From contig JAJYLR010000001.1 in NCBI GenBank assembly GCA_021787535.1, positions 383,687 through 447,686 of the forward strand: a DNA stretch of 64,000 nt, read 5' to 3'. Positions 9,145 to 18,763 of the stretch are shown here, one piece after another. Positions within the stretch are counted from its first letter, which is position 1; each line of letters opens with the position of its first letter. The DNA is from a bacterium (lineage in GTDB: Bacteria; Patescibacteriota; CPR2; UBA1875; JAJYID01). The notes beneath the pieces are model-generated. The model was not told the DNA's origin and ran no database searches. It saw only the letters and a program-made list of their open reading frames with translations. Made by a program: the position numbers and the translations under genes.

Positions 9145-10389
9145 ATGAAACTAAGTAAACTTTTTTCCAAGACAACGAAAAACATTTCAAAGAAAGCTGA
9201 AAGCAAAAATCATGAGCTTTTAGTTCGGGCCGGATATGTGGATCAGCTAATGGCCGGTGTCTATACATATTTGCCGCTAGGGAAAAAGGTACTCGAAAAA
9301 ATTGAGGATATTATTCGCGAAGAAATGATTGAGATCGGCGGCCAGGAGATTTTAATGCCAGCGCTCACGCCTTATGAAAACTGGCAGAAAACAGGCAGAT
9401 GGGATACTATGGACGATCTTTACCGTTTTACAAGCTATTATTCTAAAAATAAAGTGGCACTCGGCGGTACTCATGAGGAAGTGGTAACACCTCTGGCTAA
9501 AAAATATATCCTATCTTACAAAGATTTGCCAAAGTATGTTTTTCAAATTCAAACAAAATTTAGAGATGAGAAAAGGCCAAAGTCAGGAATATTGCGAGGC
9601 AGAGAATTTAGAATGAAAGATTTGTATTCATTTCATACTGATGAGCAAGATTTGAATAAATATTATGACAAGGTTATTAAAGCTTATGAAAAAATTTTCA
9701 AAAGGTTTGGTTTGGGCGATAAAACATATCTTACATTTGCGTCTGGCGGAACATTTTCCAAATTCTCGCATGAATTTCAAACAGAGTCTCCAGTGGGCGA
9801 AGATACGATCTTTGTTTGCAGAAGATGTAAAATGGGTATAAATAAAGAAATCATCCTAACCCAGAAGGAGTGCCCGAAATGCGGTAAAACTGATCTTGAG
9901 GAAACTCGGGCAATAGAGGTTGCTAATATTTTCAAACTTAAAGATAAATTCACTAAACCTTTTAAGGCGATATATCTAGATAAAAAAGGCAAAGAAAATA
10001 CTGTGCTTATGGGATGTTATGGGATTGGGCCGTCAAGGATTATGGGAACTATAGTTGAAGTGCTGTCTGATGAAAAAGGTATTGTGTGGCCAAAAGAAGT
10101 TGCCCCATATCAGATTCATCTTATCAATCTCAAGGAAAGCGAGGAGGCAGAAAGGATCTATAATAAACTGCAGGCAGCCGGCTTCGATATTTTGTGGGAT
10201 GATAGAGATGAGTCGGCTGGTATTAAATTTCAAGACGCTGATTTACTCGGAATACCATTAAGGGTAGTGATTACTGAAAAATCTTTGAAATCCGGCGGTT
10301 ATGAGCTAAAAGTAAGAAACAGAACAAAGATTGAAATCTTAAATGAAAAAAATTTAATTAAAAAAGTAAAAGATTATTATGCTAAATAG
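9145..10389 (+). CDS. proS: Prolyl-tRNA synthetase, short form without editing domain
   Basis: THEE, FRDEKRPKSGILRGREFRMKDLYSF, MGCYGIG, anticodon-binding domain. Confidence 0.95.
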   Translation: MKLSKLFSKTTKNISKKAESKNHELLVRAGYVDQLMAGVYTYLPLGKKVLEKIEDIIREEMIEIGGQEILMPALTPYENWQKTGRWDTMDDLYRFTSYYSKNKVALGGTHEEVVTPLAKKYILSYKDLPKYVFQIQTKFRDEKRPKSGILRGREFRMKDLYSFHTDEQDLNKYYDKVIKAYEKIFKRFGLGDKTYLTFASGGTFSKFSHEFQTESPVGEDTIFVCRRCKMGINKEIILTQKECPKCGKTDLEETRAIEVANIFKLKDKFTKPFKAIYLDKKGKENTVLMGCYGIGPSRIMGTIVEVLSDEKGIVWPKEVAPYQIHLINLKESEEAERIYNKLQAAGFDILWDDRDESAGIKFQDADLLGIPLRVVITEKSLKSGGYELKVRNRTKIEILNEKNLIKKVKDYYAK

Positions 10390-11434
10390 GATATTCGGAC
10401 ATTTTTCACATGACGTAGGAATAGACCTGGGGACGGCTAATACACTAGTCTATGTTAGAGGTAAAGGAATAGTAATTAATGAGCCCTCTGTTGTAGCGCT
10501 CAACAAGAAAACCAAGCAGATTCTGGCTATTGGCGATGAAGCAAAAAAAATGGTCGGGAGAACTCCCGCCAATATTGTGGCGACTCGTCCTTTGGTTGAC
10601 GGAGTAGTCAGCGACTTTGAGATTACCGAGCAAATGCTTAAATACTTCATTGATAAGGTGCATAAAGAGAGTTTTTCGCTTTTCCCGAGGCCGAGAGTGG
10701 TAGTTGGTATTCCTTCAGGGGTTACCGAAGTAGAAAAAAGGGCGGTAGAAGATGCATCTATCAATGCGGGAGCTAGGCAGTCATTTCTGATCGAGGAACC
10801 AATGGCGGCGGCGATTGGCGCCCGGCTTCCTGTGCAAGAGCCGGCAGGTTCCATGATTGTTGATATCGGCGGCGGAACAACCGAGGTAGCAGTGATTTCT
10901 CTTGGCGGAATCGTAGCTTCCAGGTCGCTTCGAATTGCCGGTGACGAGTTAAACGAAGATATTATCCAGTTTGCCCGCGACGAATATAATCTCCTATTAG
11001 GTGAAAGGACAGCCGAAGAGATTAAAATTGCGATTGGCAGCGCCTATCCGAGCGATCAGAAACTAGAGGCGACTATGAGAGGACGTGATTTAGTAACGGG
11101 ACTCCCAAAGTCGATTACCATTACTAGCGACCAAGTAAGAAAAGCTATTCAGAAATCCATCGGCCAGATAGTTGATGCGGTTAAAATGACAGTCGAAGAA
11201 ACTCCTCCTGAACTTGTGGCTGATATTATGGATCGGGGCATCATTTTGGCCGGTGGCGGCGGACTGCTTCGTGGTCTCGATAAGCTTTTGACATTAAATA
11301 CAAAGATCCCGGTGCACATCGCAGATGATCCGCTCACAAGTGTGGTGAGAGGTACAGGTTTAGTGCTTGAAGATATTGAATCTTTGAAGGATGTTCTGGT
11401 TACAACACAGTATGAAAAATCACCCAAAGTCTAA
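10379..11434 (+). CDS. mreB: Rod shape-determining protein MreB
   Basis: GIDLGTANT, EEPMAAAIG, DIGGGTTE, LAGGG. Confidence 0.98.
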   Translation: MLNRIFGHFSHDVGIDLGTANTLVYVRGKGIVINEPSVVALNKKTKQILAIGDEAKKMVGRTPANIVATRPLVDGVVSDFEITEQMLKYFIDKVHKESFSLFPRPRVVVGIPSGVTEVEKRAVEDASINAGARQSFLIEEPMAAAIGARLPVQEPAGSMIVDIGGGTTEVAVISLGGIVASRSLRIAGDELNEDIIQFARDEYNLLLGERTAEEIKIAIGSAYPSDQKLEATMRGRDLVTGLPKSITITSDQVRKAIQKSIGQIVDAVKMTVEETPPELVADIMDRGIILAGGGGLLRGLDKLLTLNTKIPVHIADDPLTSVVRGTGLVLEDIESLKDVLVTTQYEKSPKV

Positions 11435-11497
11435 TAGGTGCTTAGAGATTAGGTAACTAGGAAAACCTAATTAACTAATTAACTAAGTTCCTAACCT
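11435..11497. repeat. 8-bp tandem repeats arranged as an inverted array
   Basis: taggtgct tagagat taggtaac tagg | cctaatta actaatta actaagtt cctaacct; same TAGGT unit as 948-992. Confidence 0.7.
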
Positions 11498-12289
11498 ATG
11501 AAGAAGATTTCTTTCTTAATATTTTTTAGCATCCTGATCATTATTTTTGCCTTGCTCTTTTTTAGATCCAAGGGGTCTTTTTCAAGTGTGGATTCAGGTA
11601 TCACGGAAATTTTTCAGCCCGTGGGAGTAGTTTTTACAAACGCTTCGGGCGGAATTAAAGACTTCTTTACTAACCTTGCTAATATTGGCAACCTAGAGAA
11701 AGAAAACAAACAGCTGCGTCTCAAGGTTAATGATTTGGAGTCTAAGAATGCAAGAATGGCTGCGGATATCGGAGAGAACGAGTCTCTCAAAAGAGCATTG
11801 GGTTTTAAAGAAAACAGCGGATTTCAAACTATTGCAGCTAGTATTACTTTCTTTGATCCTACAAATGCCAGGGAAAGCATTATGATTGATAAAGGAACAA
11901 AAGATGGCATAAAGCCAGGTATGGCTGCTACAAGCGAAGGTTTTTTAATAGGCAGAGTTACGCAAGTTTATGGCGACTCTTCCCAGATTTTGCTTATCAG
12001 CGATCCGCTATCTGATGTTCCCGCACTCATCCCGGATATCAGCGCCGATGGTTTGGTTCAGGGGCAGATTGGCATGGGTATTACTATGAACCAAATTCAG
12101 CAAGATGCTAATCTCCAGGCGGGCCAAAATGTAGTAACATCAGGTCTCGGAGGTAGCTATCCTAAAGGGATTTTGATAGGGAAAATAGAGAATATTACGA
12201 AAAAAAATAATTCTATTTTCCAGTCAGCTTCCGTAAGAACACAAATAGATTTCAATGCTCTTGAACGAGTTCAAGTTATAATAAACTGA
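11498..12289 (+). CDS. mreC: Rod shape-determining protein MreC
   Basis: TM, coiled coil, IDKGTKDGI, VVTSGLGGSYPKGILIG. Confidence 0.95.
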   Translation: MKKISFLIFFSILIIIFALLFFRSKGSFSSVDSGITEIFQPVGVVFTNASGGIKDFFTNLANIGNLEKENKQLRLKVNDLESKNARMAADIGENESLKRALGFKENSGFQTIAASITFFDPTNARESIMIDKGTKDGIKPGMAATSEGFLIGRVTQVYGDSSQILLISDPLSDVPALIPDISADGLVQGQIGMGITMNQIQQDANLQAGQNVVTSGLGGSYPKGILIGKIENITKKNNSIFQSASVRTQIDFNALERVQVIIN

Positions 12290-12358
12290 AAAAATTATAA
12301 ACCGAACGCTGAAAAAACAATGAATTGAATTTTTAAAAATGAAACTTAGGAATTAGCT

Positions 12359-12853
12359 GTGGCCATACTTTTAGACATTTTAATTTTTATTGCAACTTTG
12401 CTTCTTCAAACATCTCTCCTTGCTCGTTTCCATATTTTGGGTTTCACGCCCAATCTCATGTTAATTTTAGTTATTACTTTTGTTTTTTATAAAAAAGCGT
12501 ACGAAGCGTATATTTTTGCTTTTTTGGCAGGCCTGGTCTTAGATACCTTATCGGCTGGCCCCTTTGGTTTGCATGTAATAATTTATCTGCTTATTGTTTT
12601 TGCCGGTACAGTGATTTTAAATGAAGATCAAACCAAGCTCTCAAAGCTTTTTTCTATGGTATTTGCAACAGCCGCGGCCTCAGTATTTTATATGGCGCTT
12701 TGGTTTTATTTATCATATTCGAGCGGCAGTTTTACTGCGTCCGGTTTTTTGTTTGCTATCGGACAAATAACCGCCACCATCATCTTTTTTGCGATATTTA
12801 TGCCATTTCTTAAACGATTTTTCCTATGGCAAAAGAGGATAGAAAGGGCTTGA
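12359..12853 (+). CDS. mreD: Rod shape-determining protein MreD
   Basis: PNLMLI, AFLAGLVLD, hydrophobic; between mreC and mrdA; GTG start. Confidence 0.88.
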   Translation: MAILLDILIFIATLLLQTSLLARFHILGFTPNLMLILVITFVFYKKAYEAYIFAFLAGLVLDTLSAGPFGLHVIIYLLIVFAGTVILNEDQTKLSKLFSMVFATAAASVFYMALWFYLSYSSGSFTASGFLFAIGQITATIIFFAIFMPFLKRFFLWQKRIERA

Positions 12854-12854
12854 T

Positions 12855-14798
12855 ATGGCTAAACAAAGAAAAGATATATTTAAAAAGCTGGTAGGTCTGG
12901 AAGGCGGCCACAAAAAATGGCGCTTAGGCGAATCTAAAACTAAAGAAAGTGAGAAGTGGATTTTTCACATACTTTCAGCCGACAGAGAAGCTCCTAAGAT
13001 TGAGAGTGAGAGACGGTTTAAACCATTTATTGCCATAGGCATAATTTGTTTCTTGCTTTTTGGCATCATGCTTATACGCGCCGCATCTCTACAGATCATT
13101 CAAGGCAACAAACAGAGAGTTTTGGCTGAAGAAAACAGAAATCGCGGCAGTGTAATTCGAGCTCCCAGAGGAGTAGTTTATGATAGAAATCATGCGGAAC
13201 TGGTCAAAAATACCCCCAACTACGATGCCACTATTTTGCCCAGCGAGCTGCCCAAGAATAAGAATGCCAGAGAAAGTGTTATTAAAAACGCGGCAAATGC
13301 CCTCGGTATTCCAGCCCAGGACATCGAAGCAAAAGTTGAGGCAAAGGGTTTAAGCTATACCGAACCGATACTCTTAAAAGAAAATGTCTCGAGAAATGAT
13401 GCATTTATTATTATGTCAAAGGGTTTAAAAGGCATTGATGTGCCTATTAATCCGATCAGAGACTATCTTGACGGCGGTTTGCTTGCTCATGTGCTTGGTT
13501 ATGTCGGCAGGATTAGCGAAGACGAACTGAAAGATAATGGAGGTGAGGGTTATCGGCTTACGGATTATATAGGCAAAACCGGTTTGGAAAAATCTTATGA
13601 GAATGTCTTGAGAGGCAAAGATGGAAGCCAGAGATATGAAGTTGATTCCAAAGGAAATGTTGTGAAATATCTAGGCGAACAAGAACCTCAACTTGGCAAT
13701 AGTTTGGTTTTGTCGATTGATTTTGGGCTTGAACAGAAACTTGCAGATTCCATGAAAAATGAAATGTCTAAAGTACATGCTACAAAAGCTACGGCTATCG
13801 CGATGAATCCTCAAAATGGTGAAATTCTGGCTTACGTGGATATCCCAACCTATGATAATAATCTCTTTTCAAAAGGAATTTCTGCTGCAGACTATTCCAA
13901 ACTTTTGAATAATCCTGATCATCCGTTGCTCGCGAGAGGTATCTCTGGCGAATATCCTTCCGGTTCAGTAATCAAACCATTTATGGCAGCAGGGGCGCTT
14001 CAGCAAGGCACCATTACAGAAAATACGACCGTCAACTCAACCGGCGGCATCAAAGTCGGCGACTGGTTTTTTCCTGACTGGAAAGCGGGCGGGCATGGCA
14101 TTACGAATGTTACAAAAGCTATTGCGGAATCTGTAAATACTTTCTTTTATGCTATTGCCGGCGGATATGGCAATATTCAAGGTTTAGGTCCAGAACTAAT
14201 CAAACATTACCTTGACCTTTTTGGTTTTGATAAACCTACAGGCGTCGATATCGGCGGGGAAAGCAGAGGCAATATTCCTACACCTGAATGGAAGGAAAAA
14301 GTGGAAAATGAATCCTGGTATCTCGGAGACACTTACCATATGGGAATAGGCCAAGGGGATTTGCTTGTGACACCGCTTCAGATATCAAATGCGACATGCG
14401 CTATTGCAAACGGCGGGACGCTTTATGAACCTCACTTTGTAGATCAGGTTATAAATGAGAATAATCAGGTGATTGATACTAAAAAACCAAAGGTTTTAAA
14501 TCAGAATTTTATTGATCCAAAAAATATTGATATTGTTAGACGCGGAATGAGGCAAACCGTTACAAGCGGAAGCGGAAAACAGCTGCAGAATGAACCGGTA
14601 GCCGTTGCGGGCAAAACCGGTACTGCACAGTTCGGCCCGAATAACTCAAAAGAGCATGGCTGGTTTACATCATTTGCGCCATTTGATAATCCGACCTTTG
14701 AACTGACTATTCTAGTTGAAGGATCTGGGGGCGGGGACGTTACCGCCGAACCGATAGCAAAAGAAGTCTATCAGTGGTATTTCGGAGGACGCAAGTAA
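12855..14798 (+). CDS. mrdA: Penicillin-binding protein 2
   Basis: APRGVVYDRN, GKTGLEKSYE, PSGSVIK (SxxK), SVN (SxN), KTGTAQ. Confidence 0.95.
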   Translation: MAKQRKDIFKKLVGLEGGHKKWRLGESKTKESEKWIFHILSADREAPKIESERRFKPFIAIGIICFLLFGIMLIRAASLQIIQGNKQRVLAEENRNRGSVIRAPRGVVYDRNHAELVKNTPNYDATILPSELPKNKNARESVIKNAANALGIPAQDIEAKVEAKGLSYTEPILLKENVSRNDAFIIMSKGLKGIDVPINPIRDYLDGGLLAHVLGYVGRISEDELKDNGGEGYRLTDYIGKTGLEKSYENVLRGKDGSQRYEVDSKGNVVKYLGEQEPQLGNSLVLSIDFGLEQKLADSMKNEMSKVHATKATAIAMNPQNGEILAYVDIPTYDNNLFSKGISAADYSKLLNNPDHPLLARGISGEYPSGSVIKPFMAAGALQQGTITENTTVNSTGGIKVGDWFFPDWKAGGHGITNVTKAIAESVNTFFYAIAGGYGNIQGLGPELIKHYLDLFGFDKPTGVDIGGESRGNIPTPEWKEKVENESWYLGDTYHMGIGQGDLLVTPLQISNATCAIANGGTLYEPHFVDQVINENNQVIDTKKPKVLNQNFIDPKNIDIVRRGMRQTVTSGSGKQLQNEPVAVAGKTGTAQFGPNNSKEHGWFTSFAPFDNPTFELTILVEGSGGGDVTAEPIAKEVYQWYFGGRK

Positions 14799-14938
14799 AA
14801 AACTTGTAATGTTTTAAATATTTAAATATAGTAGTCTTACGGATTTAAAAAGCAAGGAGGGTCGTTTTTCGAAGCGAGCTTTTTTTATCTGTAAAAACGT
14901 ACCTTGGCACTATTAAATATTTTACTCAAGGAGTTGAA

Positions 14939-15577
14939 ATGTCCGAAAAAGGAAGTTTCATTGTTCTTGAAGGAATTGACGGGTCGGGGAAATCTACCCA
15001 AATAGATTATCTTGTTCCGCGGCTTACGTTTTTGCGCAGAAGTGTTGTAAAAACAAGAGAGCCGTATGACGAACCGGAAAATGAAGTTGGATTTCGGATT
15101 CGGCAGATTTTACTTGGAGAAGAAGAAAATCCCGGTTATTCCGAACTGCAACAAATGTTTGTTGCCGCGCGCAAGTGGCATCTGGAAAATATAGTTATTC
15201 CGGCTGTTAACGGCGGAAAGCTGGTGCTCTGCGATAGATATACAGCAAGTACTTACGCTTATCACCGGTCAAAAGGCGGCCATTTCGATGATGTTTGGGC
15301 ATGGCATTGTGAGTGTAATTACCCGGCCGATGTTACTGTTTTGGTTCGGGTTTCTGCTGAAGAGGCCGCAAGAAGAATGGTTCTTGCAGAAAGAAAAGAA
15401 GAGCTCTTTGATAAGAAGGAGAGCTTAATAGCTATTCACGGCGCATATGAAGAGCTGCTTAAAACTGGTGATGAGTATGTTCCGGATTTCAGATTTGCAG
15501 ACGGAGAACAAAATCCGGAAAAAGTTAGCGAGGATATTATGAAGATCCTTCGTGAATACATTCCGGACCTATGGTAA
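14939..15577 (+). CDS. tmk: Thymidylate kinase
   Basis: EGIDGSGKST, TREP, LCDRY. Confidence 0.93.
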   Translation: MSEKGSFIVLEGIDGSGKSTQIDYLVPRLTFLRRSVVKTREPYDEPENEVGFRIRQILLGEEENPGYSELQQMFVAARKWHLENIVIPAVNGGKLVLCDRYTASTYAYHRSKGGHFDDVWAWHCECNYPADVTVLVRVSAEEAARRMVLAERKEELFDKKESLIAIHGAYEELLKTGDEYVPDFRFADGEQNPEKVSEDIMKILREYIPDLW

Positions 15578-15589
15578 AAGGAGAAGAGT

Positions 15590-16393
15590 ATGTATCTTGA
15601 TTCGCTTGAAAAAATGAATCCTGAGGAGCGGGAAAAGGTAATTCGAGAAAGAAACGAAATGCTGCCGATAACGATCAATGCAACCGATCTGGATGATGCT
15701 TGGTTCCAGGTTATAAACTGCATAATGCGGTATGGCCATTACTACGGTATTCAGCGCGGAAGCTATGAGGGTTCCGGAAGAATAGAACTGGATAGTAGTA
15801 CTATTAACATCATAGATCCCGGCTCGGGTCCTTTGGTTCCGCATATGCCCGATAGTCTTGGTATACCGGCGCCATGTGAGGAAGATTATGTCAGAGAGCA
15901 GTATTTCCCGCAGTATCTTTTCGGGAATATTAAGTCGGGCAACGAACAGTATACTTATGGCGAGAGGATTAACCAGCCGATTTCGGATGAACATCTCGGA
16001 GAAACCATGACTCAGTTGGAGTGGGCGATAAAAATGCTCAGAGATACTCCGCAAACTAACCAAGCAACGATCGAGATCGCTTGCCCGGAAGATATCACGG
16101 CGCGAGACCCTGAGAGCCATCACCCCGATCCGCCCTGCCTGCGGCTTCTTGACTTCAGGGTACGGTATGGAAAACTTCACGTTTTTCCCTACTTTCGTTC
16201 ATGGGATGCATGGAGCGGCTTCCCTGCTAATCTCGGAGGGATTGAACTTCTTAAACAGTATATGGCAGATGAGATTGGTATAGAGAATGGGTCAATCTTT
16301 GCGTTTAGCAAAGGTTTGCATATATACAACCATGTTGAAAAAGCTGTCCGCATCCGTTTACACATGGATGAAAGGGAAGAAGCTAATACATAG
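15590..16393 (+). CDS. thyA: Thymidylate synthase, archaeal-type ThyA
   Basis: YTYGER, DPPCLR catalytic Cys, FRSWD, GFPAN, GLHIY. Confidence 0.88.
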   Translation: MYLDSLEKMNPEEREKVIRERNEMLPITINATDLDDAWFQVINCIMRYGHYYGIQRGSYEGSGRIELDSSTINIIDPGSGPLVPHMPDSLGIPAPCEEDYVREQYFPQYLFGNIKSGNEQYTYGERINQPISDEHLGETMTQLEWAIKMLRDTPQTNQATIEIACPEDITARDPESHHPDPPCLRLLDFRVRYGKLHVFPYFRSWDAWSGFPANLGGIELLKQYMADEIGIENGSIFAFSKGLHIYNHVEKAVRIRLHMDEREEANT

Positions 16394-16407
16394 TGCCAAA
16401 GATGTTG

Positions 16408-16442
16408 GTGGGGGCTTGCCTAAATATTGGGCAGGTCCCCAC
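16408..16442 (+). terminator. Stable hairpin after thyA (terminator or 3' stabiliser)
   Basis: GTGGGGGCTTGCCT-loop-GGGCAGGTCCCCAC; no immediate U-tract. Confidence 0.5.
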
Positions 16443-16463
16443 TGGGACAATTTTATAAAAAGA

Positions 16464-16492
16464 TTGACCAATTTTTTAATATTTGTTAAAAT
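16464..16492 (+). promoter_or_regulatory. rplJL promoter
   Basis: TTGACC-17 nt-TAAAAT. Confidence 0.7.
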
Positions 16493-16498
16493 GTTAAT

Positions 16499-16590
16499 TA
16501 GCCAAAGACAGTAGCAGCGAAAGCTTAATTTGCTACCGAGGTAAAGATTTAGATAATTTTTATTCATCTTTGGTTTGTCCAAAGATTTTT
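16499..16590 (+). promoter_or_regulatory. L10 leader (rplJ autoregulatory RNA)
   Basis: CCAAAGACAGTAGCA...TTAA..TGCTACCGAGG matches the L10-leader pattern directly 5' of rplJ. Confidence 0.8.
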
Positions 16591-16609
16591 AATTTATAGG
16601 AAATAAAGT

Positions 16610-17137
16610 ATGGCAATTACAAGAAAGAAAAAAGAAGATTTAGTCGAGGAGTTTGCCGAAAGATTGAGAGAGTCGAAGGCGGCGGTTTTTACCGACTACA
16701 AGGGCTTGACGGTTGAGGAAATCAACGAGGTCCGAAACTCGCTCAGAGAAAAGGGAATTGAGTTTAAGGTTATCAAAAACACTTTATTTGGGTTAGCCGT
16801 AAAGGAGGCGAAGCTCGATGTAAATCCCGACGATTTGGCGGGCCACCCGGTTGCGGTAGCTTTTGGTTACGAAGATGAAGTTGCACCTGCGAAAGTGGTT
16901 TTCAACTTTGCAAAAGATCATGAGTCCTTAGAAATAATTGGCGGTATTCTAGAGGGGAAAAATATTGATGCTGTGAGCGTGAAAAACTTAGCGCAAATGC
17001 CATCCAGAGAAGAGCTGCTCGCAAAAATGATCGGATCCATGAATGCGCCTATTTCAAACTTTGTAGGTGTTATGCACGCAAATTTTAGAAATGTAGTTTA
17101 TGTATTAAATGCGATTAAAGAGCAAAAGGAAACTTAG
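16610..17137 (+). CDS. rplJ: 50S ribosomal protein uL10
   Basis: DYKGLTV, KVIKNTL, PSREELLAK. Confidence 0.97.
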   Translation: MAITRKKKEDLVEEFAERLRESKAAVFTDYKGLTVEEINEVRNSLREKGIEFKVIKNTLFGLAVKEAKLDVNPDDLAGHPVAVAFGYEDEVAPAKVVFNFAKDHESLEIIGGILEGKNIDAVSVKNLAQMPSREELLAKMIGSMNAPISNFVGVMHANFRNVVYVLNAIKEQKET

Positions 17138-17143
17138 CCCCCT

Positions 17144-17167
17144 GTCATTCCCGCGCAGGCGGGAATC
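17144..17167 (+). repeat. dRS3-like palindrome
   Basis: GTCATTCCCGCGCAGGCGGGAATC contains ATTCCC-N8-GGGAAT. Confidence 0.85.
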
Positions 17168-17223
17168 TATAAGATAAGTAATTATTATTAAAAATTTAAA
17201 GTAATTAAAAAAGGAGAATAAAA

Positions 17224-17778
17224 ATGGCAGAAGAAGATGTAAAACAAGATGATACCCAAGAAGAAAAAGCTGAGGAAGTAAAAGAAGAAACTCCTGCGGC
17301 TGAAGAAAAAACAGAGGAAACGCCCAAAGAGGAGCCAAAAGCCGAGGAAAAGCCGGCTGAGGAGCCCAAAAAAGAGAAAAAAGAAGTAGAGGTGCCTAAA
17401 AAGTTTAAAGATCTCGTCAAAACTATCGAGGATATGAGCGTGCTTGAAATGGCAGAACTCGTAAAGGTTCTTGAAGAAAAGTTCGGTGTATCCGCAGCAG
17501 CTCCTGTAGCAGTTGCCGCTGCCCCGGCAGCAGGCGGTGCCGCAGCCGAGGAAACAGAAGAAAAGTCAGCTTACACTGTAGTTTTGACCGCTGCAGGATC
17601 AAATAAAATCGGCGCCATCAAGGCAGTCCGAGAGATCAACCAAGAACTTGGCTTAAAGGAAGCAAAAGATCTGGTAGACAATGCTCCAAAGACAGTTGCT
17701 GAAAACCTTAAGCCGGAAGATGCAAATGCTGCGAAAGAAAAACTTGAAGCAGCCGGCGCAACAGTTGAACTAAAATAG
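17224..17778 (+). CDS. rplL: 50S ribosomal protein bL12 with ~55-aa acidic N-terminal extension
   Basis: [39 protein letters not shown]. Confidence 0.96.
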   Translation: MAEEDVKQDDTQEEKAEEVKEETPAAEEKTEETPKEEPKAEEKPAEEPKKEKKEVEVPKKFKDLVKTIEDMSVLEMAELVKVLEEKFGVSAAAPVAVAAAPAAGGAAAEETEEKSAYTVVLTAAGSNKIGAIKAVREINQELGLKEAKDLVDNAPKTVAENLKPEDANAAKEKLEAAGATVELK

Positions 17779-17799
17779 TTTTTAACTTAAAACTTGGAT

Positions 17800-17832
17800 A
17801 AAGAGAGTACAAAATTTGCTCTCTTTATTTTT
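17800..17832 (+). terminator. Terminator of rplJL
   Basis: AAAGAGAG...CTCTCTTT followed by ATTTTT. Confidence 0.6.
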
Positions 17833-17908
17833 ATATTAGTTTATGCTATAATATAAAAAGGGTGTACATTTTTAAAAAATCGAGAATTCTTCTAAGGAGT
17901 GATTTCTA

Positions 17909-18703
17909 GTGCAAAGAATAGTTACGGCTGTAATAGGTTTGGCCATCATTATTCTATCACTGTTGGTCTCTGTACTTTGGGATTTGGCAGTTTGTATCGC
18001 CTTTATGATCGTTGCCAAAGAAGTTGGGATGATTCTAAAGAAAATAGGCCTTAAAGTGTCGCCTTTTTTTATGATGTTGACGGTGCCATGTTACATTCTT
18101 CCGGCTGTTTTTCTTCCTTTTCATACCACATTGGCAATCGGCACTACAGCTACCCTATTGCTTTACCTAATTGCTATAAGCGGCCTTGAAACAGGTTTTT
18201 CTGCCCAACTTCTTTTGGGTTTTGTTGTGGCAGCTATCTACCCTGCAGTTTTAGCAACTTTCCTGGTAGAAATGCGCTTTCAGAATACATCACTTTTGAT
18301 TTTTATGATGGCAATTGTATTCATTGGAGATGCGGCAGCACTCTATACTGGGCGTTATCTGACAAAGCGGGGTAAAGCGCATAAAATACCTAGGAAGTTA
18401 GGAGAACTAACAAGTCCGAATAAAACCTTTGAAGGTTTTGGCGCCGGACTGGTTGTCGCCGGAGTCATTATGCCGATTATATGTTACAAAATCGGCTTAA
18501 TCAACTTCTCTCCAGGCAAAGTAATCCTTATCGCCTTAGCTTTTTCAATATCCGGTATGCTTGGTGACCTTTTTGAGTCCTTCTTAAAAAGGAAAGCCGG
18601 AGTTAAAGACTCAGGGACCATCTTGCCCGGACATGGAGGAATGCTAGATCGATTTGATGCATTGCTCTTTGCTGCAGTTATCGGATGGATTTTGTTAGTT
18701 TAA
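17909..18703 (+). CDS. cdsA: Phosphatidate cytidylyltransferase
   Basis: SPNKTFEG, GDLFESFLKRKAGVKDSGTILPGHGGMLDRFD; GTG start with AAGGAG. Confidence 0.93.
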   Translation: MQRIVTAVIGLAIIILSLLVSVLWDLAVCIAFMIVAKEVGMILKKIGLKVSPFFMMLTVPCYILPAVFLPFHTTLAIGTTATLLLYLIAISGLETGFSAQLLLGFVVAAIYPAVLATFLVEMRFQNTSLLIFMMAIVFIGDAAALYTGRYLTKRGKAHKIPRKLGELTSPNKTFEGFGAGLVVAGVIMPIICYKIGLINFSPGKVILIALAFSISGMLGDLFESFLKRKAGVKDSGTILPGHGGMLDRFDALLFAAVIGWILLV

Positions 18704-18714
18704 ACAAGTGCAAA

Positions 18715-18742
18715 AGGGCCACTCTCTTAAGAGAGTGGCCCT
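18715..18742. terminator. 28-bp perfect palindrome between convergent genes (bidirectional terminator candidate)
   Basis: AGGGCCACTCTCTTAAGAGAGTGGCCCT. Confidence 0.7.
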
Positions 18743-18763
18743 AATCGTTTCCTTGTCTTACCA

